Source of the DNA: an uncultured Flavobacteriales bacterium
Lineage (GTDB): Bacteria; Bacteroidota; Bacteroidia; Flavobacteriales_D; CAJJDF01
Length of the DNA stretch: 64,000 nucleotides
Reading direction: 5' to 3'
Assembly (NCBI GenBank): GCA_964021785.1
Contig: CAXIAX010000001.1
Span: 3,368 to 67,367 of the forward strand
A program made the position numbers and the translations under genes. Shown piece by piece: positions 53,487 through 62,117 of the stretch. Positions within the stretch are counted from its first letter, which is position 1. Each line of letters starts with the position of its first letter. The notes under the pieces were generated by a model. That model was not told the origin of the DNA. It ran no database searches and worked only from the letters and a program-made list of their open reading frames with translations.

Positions 53487-54833
53487 TTGTGTGTGAATAA
53501 ATCAAAGGTAAGTTTTAAAGAAATTAGAATATTGGCTATTCCTGCAATTTTTGCTGGAATCGCAGAGCCAATAATAGGATTGGTAGATACAGCTGTAATC
53601 GGAAATTTAGGAGAAAACTCCGAAATATCACAAGCAGCAGTAGGTTTGGGGTCAGGGTTTTATGTGCTGCTTTTGTGGTCGCTCTCTCAAATTCGTACTT
53701 CAGTTTCTTCCATAATTTCTAGGTACATGGGTGCAGGGAATTTAGAAGAGGTGAAAACTCTGGTGCCACAAACAGTGTTGTTTGGTGCAACTCTAGGATT
53801 AATTCTTGGAGGATTGTCCTATGTGTTTGCCGAAGAAATATTTTTGCAATTTTATGGAGTGGATCCAGGCCAAACTCAATTGTTGGCTAATTCGGTTGCT
53901 TATTTCAAAATACGAATCGTGGGCCTTCCTATTTCTTTGGTTGTGTTTACGGTATTTGGCGTATTTAGAGGGATTCAAAATACCATGTGGATAATGAAAG
54001 CCAGTGTTGCTGGTGCTATCGTGAATGTGATTTTAGATTATATTTTGGTGTTTGGTATTGGTGATTTTACACCCAATATGGGAATAGAAGGCGTGGCTTG
54101 GGCTTCTGTTTTTTCTCAAGTGACTATGCTCTTGATAATAACTGTAATAGTAAAGCGAAAAACAATTTTTACCCTCTTGCCAAAATTCAAAAAAGTGAAC
54201 CATGAGTTTAGGAATATGTTAATCATGTCGGCCAATATGCTGATAAGAACAATTGCCCTAAATACCGCTTTCTTTTTGGCAAATAGGTATGCTACTTCTT
54301 ACGGAGAATATTACTTGGCGGCTCACACTATTCTTATAAATTTATGGGTGTTTTCTTTCTTTTTTATTGATGGATTTTCTAATGCAGGAAATGCTATTTC
54401 TGGAAAATTATTGGGGCAAAAAGATTTTAAATCTCTCACTATTTTAATGAAAGATTTGATAAAGTACAACCTCATTGTTTCGCTATTTCTTGCGTTAGTT
54501 TTTGTAGCGCTTTATCCTATTATTGGAAGAGTTTTTAGTAATAATGAAGAGGTTATTGGGCATTTTTATTCGGTATATTGGTTAATAATTATGGCTCAGT
54601 TTATCAGTGGAATTACCTTTACTTATGATGGCGTGTTCAAAGGATTGGGAGAGACGGTATACTTACGTAATACACTTATTGTTGCCACAGGATTAGTCTT
54701 TTTCCCTATTATTTTTGGATTAGATTTTATTGGATTTAAACTCTACGCAATTTGGATAGCTTTCCTTTTCTGGAATGCATTTAGAGGAGTTTCTTTAATC
54801 TATAAATTTAGATCCAAATACAGAACTGTTTAG
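53487..54833 (+). CDS. MATE-family efflux transporter
   Basis: About 12 TM helices. The N-terminus reads FKEIRILAIPAIFAGIAEPIIGLVDTAVIGNLG. The start is uncertain (TTG at 53487 or GTG at 53493), because a TATCTTTG -7-like box at 53482-53489 overlaps the TTG. Confidence 0.8.
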   Translation: MCVNKSKVSFKEIRILAIPAIFAGIAEPIIGLVDTAVIGNLGENSEISQAAVGLGSGFYVLLLWSLSQIRTSVSSIISRYMGAGNLEEVKTLVPQTVLFGATLGLILGGLSYVFAEEIFLQFYGVDPGQTQLLANSVAYFKIRIVGLPISLVVFTVFGVFRGIQNTMWIMKASVAGAIVNVILDYILVFGIGDFTPNMGIEGVAWASVFSQVTMLLIITVIVKRKTIFTLLPKFKKVNHEFRNMLIMSANMLIRTIALNTAFFLANRYATSYGEYYLAAHTILINLWVFSFFFIDGFSNAGNAISGKLLGQKDFKSLTILMKDLIKYNLIVSLFLALVFVALYPIIGRVFSNNEEVIGHFYSVYWLIIMAQFISGITFTYDGVFKGLGETVYLRNTLIVATGLVFFPIIFGLDFIGFKLYAIWIAFLFWNAFRGVSLIYKFRSKYRTV

Positions 54834-54901
54834 GTAATTATACTTAATAGTTGTAACTATTTTCTATATTTATCGTATCAAAAATTAAAAAACACACATC
54901 T

Positions 54902-55420
54902 ATGAAGATAAATTTTGTAAAAGGATTGTTGCTTGCAGCAACATTGGGAGTTGGATTAAGTTCTTGTTCTGTCGCCACCAAAACAGTAGAAGCAGAAGTA
55001 GCTACACAAACTTTATTGTTTGAAGATATATATGAAGGCGGAAACGAAAAGTCTATTACATTGAACGTAGCAGAAATGTTGGGGGATGTAGATATTACCA
55101 AAATAGAAGGAGCAACTATACAATCTATCTTGGTTTCTAAAAAAGATTCTCTAGGATTATCAGAAATTAACGAAGCAAAAGTACAATTATTAGGAGAGAG
55201 TGAAGACTTGACAATGGTAACTGTAGGAGTTTCAGGAGAGATAAAAGAAGGGTCTCAAGAAATAGAGTTAAGTATATTAGATGAAGTAGAAATTGCTAAG
55301 TATTTGAAAGAAGAAAATGTAACTCTAGTATTAGATTTAACTTATATTAAAGATCAAGAGGTGCCGCAAAATTATGAAGTTGGCATCAAATTTGATTTAG
55401 AAATGAATGAACAAAAATAA
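54902..55420 (+). CDS. Hypothetical lipoprotein
   Basis: Signal/lipobox LGVGLSSC. An acidic 172-aa protein with no recognisable motif. Confidence 0.4.
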   Translation: MKINFVKGLLLAATLGVGLSSCSVATKTVEAEVATQTLLFEDIYEGGNEKSITLNVAEMLGDVDITKIEGATIQSILVSKKDSLGLSEINEAKVQLLGESEDLTMVTVGVSGEIKEGSQEIELSILDEVEIAKYLKEENVTLVLDLTYIKDQEVPQNYEVGIKFDLEMNEQK

Positions 55421-55426
55421 AAACCT

Positions 55427-55879
55427 ATGAAAATGAGAAGAAATATACTAATTGCACTTGTAGCATTATTTACTATGAGTTTTGTATCAACTACTACAGT
55501 CTCTGAAGAAGACAGAGTAATGGGAGTGTGGATGGAAAGTACAGGGAAAGCAAAAGTGAAAATATCGAAAATTGGAAGTAAATATTTCGGTAAAATTGTT
55601 TGGCTAAAAGAACCAACAGATCCAGAGACTAAATTGCCAAAAACAGATAAAAATAATCCAAATGCAGAATTACAAGGTGTAAAATTGAAAGGATTAAGAA
55701 TCTTTAAAGATTTCGTTTATACTGGAGATGGAGTTTGGGAAAAAGGAACAATTTATGACTCTAGAAAAGGTAAAACTTACGATTGTAAGATTACAATGAT
55801 AGATGATAATACTCTTGAAATTAGAGGGTTTATTGGAATTTCATTAATTGGAAGAACGGATACTTGGACTAGACAATAG
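55427..55879 (+). CDS. DUF2147-family secreted protein
   Basis: GVWMESTGKAKVKISKIGSKYFGKIVWLKEP...GTIYDSRKGKTYDCKITMIDDNTLEIRGFIGISLIGRTDTWTR matches the DUF2147 pattern I recall (G-x-W...I-x-I...G-K-I-x-W...Y-D-P-x-x-G-K-x-Y). Confidence 0.65.
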   Translation: MKMRRNILIALVALFTMSFVSTTTVSEEDRVMGVWMESTGKAKVKISKIGSKYFGKIVWLKEPTDPETKLPKTDKNNPNAELQGVKLKGLRIFKDFVYTGDGVWEKGTIYDSRKGKTYDCKITMIDDNTLEIRGFIGISLIGRTDTWTRQ

Positions 55880-55898
55880 AGTTAACACTATAAAAACC

Positions 55899-55937
55899 AA
55901 AAAAAAAGAGTTACACGAAAGTGTAGCTCTTTTTTTT
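55899..55937. terminator. Bidirectional rho-independent terminator (DUF2147 gene / nitroreductase gene, convergent)
   Basis: 10-bp stem agagttacac / gtgtagctct (one G:U pair) with a gaaa loop, flanked by an A-run and a T-run. Confidence 0.8.
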
Positions 55938-55983
55938 GTTCTAAATTTTGCCGCACAGAAGGCAGGAATAAAGTGATGTTGAA

Positions 55984-56619
55984 TTATTTTACTTCAATCA
56001 CAAATTCATCTCTAGGTATTCTTACTTTTTTCATTGGTTTAATCCAGTCTCTCGCTTCGTCTGCATATCCTACATACATTAGCGACACACTTTTTAATCC
56101 TAGTTTTTCTAGTTCCAATACTTCGTCCACAACTTTAGTATCAAATCCTTCTGCAGGACAAGAATCTACTTTCAATTCTGCTGCTTCCGCTAAGGCTAAT
56201 CCTAGTCCAATGTATGATTGTCTAGAAGTATGAGCAAAATTAGCTTCATCTGGCGTATTTAGATAAATCTCTTTCAATTTGTCCGTATAGCTATTAAATC
56301 TTCCTTTTTCTAAGCCTCTTTCTTCTGTTGTGAAATCGTATACTTTGTCTATCCTTTCGGCTGTATAAGTATCCCAAGCTGCAAAAACTAATACGTGTGA
56401 ACATTCTTGCATGCTCTCTGGATTTAACGCTCCTTTTACCAATTTTTCTTTTACTTCTTGGTTAGAAACCAAGATTACTCTGAATTGCTGAAGACCAGAA
56501 GAAGTTGGAGCAAGTCTTGCTGCTTCAATAATTTTTTCAATCTTTTCTTCGCTAACTTTTTTAGTTGGGTCAAAAGCTTTTACAGAGTGTCTCCAATTAA
56601 GGTTTTCTATTAATGACAT
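55984..56619 (-). CDS. Nitroreductase-family NAD(P)H oxidoreductase
   Basis: LNWRHSVKAFDPTKKVSEEKIEKIIEAARLAPTSSGLQ is the typical N-terminal nitroreductase signature. Length 211 aa. Confidence 0.85.
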   Translation of the reverse strand: MSLIENLNWRHSVKAFDPTKKVSEEKIEKIIEAARLAPTSSGLQQFRVILVSNQEVKEKLVKGALNPESMQECSHVLVFAAWDTYTAERIDKVYDFTTEERGLEKGRFNSYTDKLKEIYLNTPDEANFAHTSRQSYIGLGLALAEAAELKVDSCPAEGFDTKVVDEVLELEKLGLKSVSLMYVGYADEARDWIKPMKKVRIPRDEFVIEVK

Positions 56620-56634
56620 GATTTATCTTTTTAT

Positions 56635-57057
56635 TTAGTTATTTGTTGTGTTTAATGTTACTTCCATGTTTCCTCTTGTTGCATTAGAATAAGGGCAAAC
56701 TTGGTGTGCTTTTTCTGTCAAAGCCTTAGCTTCTTCTAGACTTACTTCTGGTATGTTTACATCTAGTGTTGCTGCCAATCCAAAACCTCCATTTTCGTTT
56801 TTACCAATACTAATATTTGCTGTTACAGCAGTAGTTCCCGTTTTTATTTTTGATTGTTGAATCACTAAGTTTAAAGCACTGTCAAAACAAGCTGAATAAC
56901 CTGCTGCGAAAAGCATTTCTGGATTTGGGTGATCATTATCTGCTCCTCCCAATGCTTTTGGATGTCTTACTTCAAGGTCCAAAATTCCGTTTTCACTTTT
57001 TACATGTCCATTTCTTCCTCCTGTTGCTGTTGCTCCAATTGTATATATTGCTTTCAT
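56635..57057 (-). CDS. ohr: Organic hydroperoxide resistance protein (OsmC/Ohr family)
   Basis: 140 aa with the two conserved cysteines in ...GYSACFDSAL... and ...HQVCPYSNATRGN. Confidence 0.9.
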   Translation of the reverse strand: MKAIYTIGATATGGRNGHVKSENGILDLEVRHPKALGGADNDHPNPEMLFAAGYSACFDSALNLVIQQSKIKTGTTAVTANISIGKNENGGFGLAATLDVNIPEVSLEEAKALTEKAHQVCPYSNATRGNMEVTLNTTNN

Positions 57058-57059
57058 CT

Positions 57060-57488
57060 CTATTTATTTATTTGTGTTATTATTTGATCTATTATTCTTT
57101 TTAAATCTTGTAGTTCTTCTGTAGTTACATTTAAGGATTCTTGTATTTTACTAGGAATACCCTCTGCTTGTTCTTGTTTTTTTATCCCCTCTTTCGTTAG
57201 TGAAATCGAGACTACACGTTCGTCTGATTTTTTTCTATTTCTTTCTATCAGTTTCTTCTGTTCCAACCTTTTTAGCAAAGGAGTAAGAGTTCCACTGTCA
57301 AGATTTAAGTCTGCTCCAATTTCCGAAACATTTTGTTCGCCTTTTTCCCACAATACGAGCATTACCAAATATTGAGAATAGGTTAAGTCCAATTCTTTCA
57401 ATATGGGACGATAATGGTTGATTACCTCCTTAGATAAATTGTAAATAGGGAAGCAAACTTGATTAGATAATTTTAAATGGTCAGACAT
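57060..57488 (-). CDS. ohrR: MarR-family regulator, OhrR-type
   Basis: The N-terminal sensing Cys (LSNQVCFPIY) is present, with the wHTH ...LDLTYSQYLVMLVLWE...VSEIGADLNLDSGTLTPLLKRLE. It lies directly upstream of ohr. Confidence 0.85.
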   Translation of the reverse strand: MSDHLKLSNQVCFPIYNLSKEVINHYRPILKELDLTYSQYLVMLVLWEKGEQNVSEIGADLNLDSGTLTPLLKRLEQKKLIERNRKKSDERVVSISLTKEGIKKQEQAEGIPSKIQESLNVTTEELQDLKRIIDQIITQINK

Positions 57489-57507
57489 GTGATGTTGTAT
57501 TGCTATA

Positions 57508-57515
57508 CAAATTTA
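57508..57515 (-). promoter_or_regulatory. Candidate -7 box (TAAATTTG on the minus strand) for the ohrR-ohr operon
   Basis: The plus strand reads caaattta, 20 nt upstream of the ohrR ATG. Confidence 0.4.
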
Positions 57516-57528
57516 GCACAAAATTAAA

Positions 57529-57551
57529 TTGCACACAACTTAATTGTGCAA
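57529..57551. promoter_or_regulatory. Candidate OhrR operator (AT-rich imperfect palindrome)
   Basis: ttgcaca-caacttaat-tgtgcaa. The inner 15-mer CACAACT-T-AATTGTG is one mismatch from a perfect palindrome. It resembles the TACAATT-AATTGTA type OhrR boxes described for Bacillus and Xanthomonas. It overlaps the expected -33 region. Confidence 0.5.
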
Positions 57552-57601
57552 ATTTTCAGTATTCTTTTTGTAGGTTGTATGTTAAAATGTGTTATTTAGC
57601 T

Positions 57602-58291
57602 TTAAACGACCTGAATTTCAACTATTTCTTTAGGACAATTATATCTCATGGGAAGAGTGTCTCCTAGTCCTTTACTAATAATTACGGTAGAATTTTCTAT
57701 CTTTTTTCGGTCAATACAATGCTTATAGAAAAAACTTCCTGGGTATAATTTTCCTGATTTGGATTTCCAAAAAATAAACTGTCCTCCATGCAGATGACCA
57801 CACAAAACCAAATTGATGTCGTCTAATTTGGTAGAATTTATTTTTCTTGGATTGTGGATTAAACGAATGTTTGTTCGATTCTTTTTTCCTTCTTGTACAA
57901 TTCCATTTTCTGGATAAATGGTGTAATCATACCCTCTTTTAGATTTGTATTGAAACGATTGAGTTTTTAAATAAGTGCAATTGTCTAAGTCTCCTAATTT
58001 TTTCAGAAAATGGCTTCCATAAAGATTATCGTGATTTCCTTCAATAAACACTACGGGACAACATACAGCAAGCCTTGGTAATAATGAAAAAAGTAGATTG
58101 AAGCCTTTTGGGGTATCGAAATAATCTCCCGTCATAAGAATAAGGTCTGGTTGCCCACTTTCTGTAGATTCGGCTATTCGGTTGGCTGTCTTTTTGCTAA
58201 ACTTAAAATGAAAGTCGCTAAGGTGAAATATTTTTAAAGATTCCTTTCCGTTATGAATTGACACTATTTCTTTTCGGATGTTAATTTTCAT
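57602..58291 (-). CDS. Calcineurin-like metallophosphoesterase
   Basis: The motifs SDFHF, GDYFD, GNHD and GHLHGGQ occur in canonical order. Confidence 0.85.
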   Translation of the reverse strand: MKINIRKEIVSIHNGKESLKIFHLSDFHFKFSKKTANRIAESTESGQPDLILMTGDYFDTPKGFNLLFSLLPRLAVCCPVVFIEGNHDNLYGSHFLKKLGDLDNCTYLKTQSFQYKSKRGYDYTIYPENGIVQEGKKNRTNIRLIHNPRKINSTKLDDINLVLCGHLHGGQFIFWKSKSGKLYPGSFFYKHCIDRKKIENSTVIISKGLGDTLPMRYNCPKEIVEIQVV

Positions 58292-58294
58292 AAC

Positions 58295-58801
58295 TTAAAT
58301 ATTACCAAAGAAAAGAATGACAAACCCGGTTAAGGTGATTAATGGCTGTGTATTGCTTGTTTGTGTATTGAAGTAATATAATCTCTTTATCCGGAACGTA
58401 AGAAAGGCAAAAACAAGCATGGTCACTATATCAATAGGATCGAATGTGCCATCCGTAAGTTTTGTTAATTGCGCAAACTCAATAATAAGCCCTATGATAA
58501 TTGGGAGGTAAGCTAGCTGAATTTTTCTAGAAAATAGAGGTAATTTATAATCGCCAGAGCAGAACGTTAAAGCCATTACCCAGAGTCCTGCAGGTAAATT
58601 GTAGATGATAAAATTATTTAAAGGAAAGGAACTGTTTATGTTCAGTTTTATATCATTTAAGCTAGGGAATTTTGCAAAAATGTATTGGTTAAGAATAATT
58701 TCTTCGGGTCTGTAAATCACATAAACGAAGAGGCAAATTATCGTCAGAATCGTTGGAAGGAAATATGATACAGCTTTTTTTGCAAAAATTTTGTCTGTCA
58801 T
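58295..58801 (-). CDS. Small polytopic membrane protein, possibly VanZ-like
   Basis: 168 aa with 4-5 hydrophobic helices. IIEFAQLTKLTDGTFDPIDIV resembles the E-x2-Q...D-x2-D VanZ-like motif. Weak call. Confidence 0.35.
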   Translation of the reverse strand: MTDKIFAKKAVSYFLPTILTIICLFVYVIYRPEEIILNQYIFAKFPSLNDIKLNINSSFPLNNFIIYNLPAGLWVMALTFCSGDYKLPLFSRKIQLAYLPIIIGLIIEFAQLTKLTDGTFDPIDIVTMLVFAFLTFRIKRLYYFNTQTSNTQPLITLTGFVILFFGNI

Positions 58802-58845
58802 TTTCTTGAGTTATATAGAATGATGTGAATTTGTTCTATTTATAT

Positions 58846-58853
58846 CAAATGTA
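58846..58853 (-). promoter_or_regulatory. Candidate -7 box (TACATTTG on the minus strand) for the membrane-protein/phosphoesterase pair
   Basis: The plus strand reads caaatgta, 45 nt upstream of the ATG at 58801. Confidence 0.3.
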
Positions 58854-58944
58854 ATAATTATTACGGTTTGTTTTTAAGTAAACGCCTTTTGTTCGCCAAT
58901 TTAAAATTGGCCAAGAGTAAACTTAGTTATTCTATAAAGTATAG

Positions 58945-58952
58945 TAAATTTG
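58945..58952 (+). promoter_or_regulatory. Candidate -7 box (TAAATTTG) for the gene at 58969
   Basis: Exact TAnnTTTG match 17 nt upstream of the ATG. Confidence 0.4.
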
Positions 58953-58968
58953 CAAAAAATAACATCAC

Positions 58969-59718
58969 ATGAAAATCATTTTATCCTTCCTGATTTCGGC
59001 AGTTAGTATTGCTTCTTTTTCGCAAATCGTGAACATTGAAAACAAACGATTTAATGATGATAAGCAAGGTTTTAGTGGAGGTGTAGAGCTAAATTTTGAC
59101 TTCACTATGAACTCCAATCAATTGCTAAAAATTGGAGATGAGGTGCAAGTGAGTTATTTAAAAAAGAAACATCAGTTTTTATTAATAACGGACCATGCTT
59201 TTATAAAATCTGGAGACAATGATTTTGAAAATAGAGGTTTCCAGCATTTTAGATATATTCATAAGTTTAAGGACTCGGGTAAGCTTAGTTTTGAAGCTTT
59301 TCAGCAGATTCAATTCAATAAAATTCAAAAAATAGATTTACGATTAATTGGAGGAGCAGGGCTGCGATTGAATTTGATAAATGAAGCAAAATATCAGCTC
59401 TTTTTTGGAACAGGTTTTATGGCAGAGCACGAAGAGCTTATTGGAGTTGGTATATCTCAAGACGTTTTATCTACATCTTACCTCTCTTTTGGCGCTCGTT
59501 TTAACGATAATATAGGTTTTAGCACTATTGCTTATATTCAGCCCAAATTGATAAGTTTAGGTGATTATAGGTTTGCAAATGAAACTTCGCTCAGGTTTAC
59601 TATCAATAAGTATTTGAATTATAAGATTGTTTATTCTGTAATTCATGATAACCGAGAGATTCCTGGGGCAAGAAAAACCAATTACACGATAGAAAATGCA
59701 TTGGAAGTTAGGTTCTAA
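58969..59718 (+). CDS. Outer-membrane beta-barrel protein, DUF481-like
   Basis: Signal peptide, beta-strand periodicity and a terminal ...NALEVRF. The size (249 aa) and general pattern resemble DUF481/YdiY proteins. Weak call. Confidence 0.4.
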   Translation: MKIILSFLISAVSIASFSQIVNIENKRFNDDKQGFSGGVELNFDFTMNSNQLLKIGDEVQVSYLKKKHQFLLITDHAFIKSGDNDFENRGFQHFRYIHKFKDSGKLSFEAFQQIQFNKIQKIDLRLIGGAGLRLNLINEAKYQLFFGTGFMAEHEELIGVGISQDVLSTSYLSFGARFNDNIGFSTIAYIQPKLISLGDYRFANETSLRFTINKYLNYKIVYSVIHDNREIPGARKTNYTIENALEVRF

Positions 59719-59732
59719 ATTACAATCTTAAT

Positions 59733-60350
59733 TTAAGAGTTTTCAGGTTTCCAAATTACGGGTAATCTCCAGTCGTATTTTACCGAGAGTAATCTAAATA
59801 ATGTAATTGTAGCAATACAAATAATTTCATCTAACATAGATGGCATTGTGATGTTTTGCAAGAGTAAATATATTATTCCTCCAAGAATACAGGTGGTTGC
59901 GTATATTTCTTTGTGAAATATAAGAGGAATAGTGTTTAGAGAAATGTCTCTTATTACACCTCCAAAGCAAGCTGTAATTGTTCCTAATAATATGCTTATT
60001 GCAGGATTTAATCCCAGTGAAATTCCGGTTTGAACTCCTAGTACAGTAAAGAATCCTAAACCAATGGAATCGAAAAACAAAAGCGTTTTTTGATTGTTTT
60101 GAATCACACTTGTAAAAAGCAATGCTGCAGTAGTGCTAATTGCAACAACTATACCTGAGCTTAAGTCTAGCATCCATTTTACGGGTAATTCTCCCACAAG
60201 TATATCGCGTAATGTTCCTCCTCCCAATGCGGTAATGAAAGCAATGATATAAATTCCTAAGAGGTCTAGTTTTTTATCAATAGCAGCAAAAGCTCCGGCA
60301 ATACTAAAAGCCGCAATTCCTAATATGTCAATAACCTTCAGTAGGTCCAT
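59733..60350 (-). CDS. Trimeric intracellular cation channel family protein (UPF0126/YadS-like)
   Basis: Seven TM helices with the duplicated glycine-rich motif (ALGGGTLRDIL and ACFGGVIRDI). Confidence 0.85.
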   Translation of the reverse strand: MDLLKVIDILGIAAFSIAGAFAAIDKKLDLLGIYIIAFITALGGGTLRDILVGELPVKWMLDLSSGIVVAISTTAALLFTSVIQNNQKTLLFFDSIGLGFFTVLGVQTGISLGLNPAISILLGTITACFGGVIRDISLNTIPLIFHKEIYATTCILGGIIYLLLQNITMPSMLDEIICIATITLFRLLSVKYDWRLPVIWKPENS

Positions 60351-60438
60351 AAGTTTATTGATTTTAGATTAAAAATAAGGAGAGTAATGAGTTTACAAAG
60401 CTGTGTAAACTTTATAAGTTAATTTGTTTTAGTAAAAT

Positions 60439-61065
60439 TTATGTCCAAGCTTTATTTTGGTCAGGTTTCACAAAGGTTTTGTTTGTTTCTTCCACAAAAG
60501 CAAGAATTTCTTCTTTTCCTGTTTTCTTTTCTGCAGAGGTTAAAAAATATTGAGGTAAAAAGCTCCATTTTTCACTCATCTTTTCTAAATAAGTCTCAAT
60601 GTTACCTTCTATATCTCTTGGGTCTAGTTTATCCATTTTGGTAAACACCATTACAAAAGGAATGTTGTTTTCTCCTAGCCACTCCATAAATTCATCATCA
60701 GCTTTTAACACATTGTGACGAGAATCCAATAACACAAATACACACATTAAGTTCTCTCTAGTTCTTAAGTAGTTTCTTGTGAAGTTTTGCCATTTCATTC
60801 TCAAATGATTTGGAGTTTTTGTAAAACCGTATCCTGGTAAATCCACTAAGTACCATTCGTCATTTATCACAAAATGATTTATAAGTTGTGTTTTTCCTGG
60901 AGTAGAGGATGTTTTTGCAAGTTTTTTGTTGTTGCAAATAGAGTTTATCAAAGATGATTTACCCACGTTTGATCTACCAATAAAAGCATACTCAGGAATT
61001 TCTGGTTTTGGGCACAGGTCAATTCTCGTGTTACTTATTACAAATTCTGCAGTTTTTACTTTCAT
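60439..61065 (-). CDS. engB: Ribosome-biogenesis GTPase YsxC/EngB
   Basis: EYAFIGRSNVGKSSLIN, DLPGYG and TKMDK. Length 208 aa. Confidence 0.9.
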   Translation of the reverse strand: MKVKTAEFVISNTRIDLCPKPEIPEYAFIGRSNVGKSSLINSICNNKKLAKTSSTPGKTQLINHFVINDEWYLVDLPGYGFTKTPNHLRMKWQNFTRNYLRTRENLMCVFVLLDSRHNVLKADDEFMEWLGENNIPFVMVFTKMDKLDPRDIEGNIETYLEKMSEKWSFLPQYFLTSAEKKTGKEEILAFVEETNKTFVKPDQNKAWT

Positions 61066-61085
61066 GGTTATGGGTCGTATTTACA

Positions 61086-61093
61086 CAAAGTTA
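61086..61093 (-). promoter_or_regulatory. Candidate -7 box (TAACTTTG on the minus strand) for engB
   Basis: The plus strand reads caaagtta, about 20 nt upstream of the engB ATG. Confidence 0.35.
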
Positions 61094-61198
61094 AAACTAT
61101 TATTTTCCTTTATTTAATTGAAGTCTGTTTTTTATTAAGTTACTTTTTAAAATGTGCTTTTTTTGGTAGCTTAGATTGCAAATTAAAATAAAAGGTTT

Positions 61199-61774
61199 AT
61201 GAAGTTTTTGGTTTTGTTAATGGTGTTTTGCATGTCTCAATATTCTTTTAGTCAATCAGATAATGGGTATTTGGCAAAAACGCTAGAGGTGGGAACCTCA
61301 TTCACTTATATCTGGAATGACTACAACCAGCCAGCAGGAGAATTTCTTTACAGTGAATTAACTTGGAATATGAATGTGAAAATGAAATTGCACAATCGAT
61401 TTTGGTTGGGAGTACAAGTTGCACCAATTTATGCTTGGACTCGTGACAAGGGACAAATTACAAATGAATTTTATCATTGGTATGGATTGGTGGCTCAATG
61501 TGATGTAGTGTCTAGAAAGAAATTTCAGTTTTATGTGGAGACTCAGTTAAATCGTTCCAATTTATTGATTCTTAAAGAGTACAACACAAAGCAAGCCGGG
61601 ATTTATTACCTTGGTTTTGGAGTAGGAGCCAATATTTTATTAAATGAAAAAGGGAGACAGGATTTATTTTTAGAAATTGGATTTAACAATTCTTTTATTT
61701 TGAATAGAATAGAGGATAAATCCTATTACACACAATATATCGTAGGATTAAATTACAGAATGGGAAAAAAGTAA
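61199..61774 (+). CDS. Hypothetical outer-membrane beta-barrel protein
   Basis: Signal peptide (LVLLMVFCMSQYSFS) and alternating aromatic strands. No recognisable family. Confidence 0.35.
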   Translation: MKFLVLLMVFCMSQYSFSQSDNGYLAKTLEVGTSFTYIWNDYNQPAGEFLYSELTWNMNVKMKLHNRFWLGVQVAPIYAWTRDKGQITNEFYHWYGLVAQCDVVSRKKFQFYVETQLNRSNLLILKEYNTKQAGIYYLGFGVGANILLNEKGRQDLFLEIGFNNSFILNRIEDKSYYTQYIVGLNYRMGKK

Positions 61775-61800
61775 GCGAATTACAGTAAATTTTATAAAAT

Positions 61801-61834
61801 AAAGCCTAGTTACAATTTGTAGCTAGGCTTTTTT
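61801..61834 (+). terminator. Rho-independent terminator
   Basis: 13-bp stem aaagcctagttac / gtagctaggcttt (one G:U pair) with loop aattt, followed by a T-run. Confidence 0.8.
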
Positions 61835-62054
61835 ATTTTCGCTTTTTTTTTGTAAAAAAAAGACTTGCCACTTTCCAGAATATTGCTCTAAAAAGTCCCA
61901 CTTTTTGTCAATAGTGAACAATTCATTGTTAATATAATGGTAATCTCTCCCACCGCAATTTCATTAAGTTTGATACGGCTGTAAGTCAATAAAATCAACA
62001 TTTCCTTTATTTATCGAAACATTTTTAGTTCCTTTACGTTATAAAGTTATCCAC

Positions 62055-62081
62055 AAAGTGGTATAAAGTGGAGAAATGTGG
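62055..62081 (+). promoter_or_regulatory. Three phased direct repeats AAAGTGG / AAAGTGG / AATGTGG (candidate MraZ operator)
   Basis: The repeats start at 62055, 62065 and 62075, an exact 10-bp period, immediately upstream of the -7 box of mraZ. Confidence 0.6.
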
Positions 62082-62092
62082 GATATATTAAA

Positions 62093-62100
62093 TATCTTTG
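62093..62100 (+). promoter_or_regulatory. Candidate -7 box (TATCTTTG) of the mraZ/dcw promoter
   Basis: Exact TAnnTTTG match 18 nt upstream of the mraZ ATG. Confidence 0.45.
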
Positions 62101-62117
62101 CTAATTAACAATAACTA

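Noticed and set aside
55973-56233. The plus-strand ORF antisense to the nitroreductase gene, and the minus-strand ORF 62105..62323 antisense to mraZ.
   Set aside because: The opposite-strand genes have unambiguous family motifs, and these translations are S/T/P-rich low-complexity shadows.
61835-61860. The T9-gt-A9 tract (gcttttttttt gtaaaaaaaaag) just after the terminator at 61801.
   Set aside because: It is most simply the tail of the terminator plus a homopolymeric A/T tract, which is common in AT-rich intergenic DNA. There is no coding or conserved context for a slippage switch.
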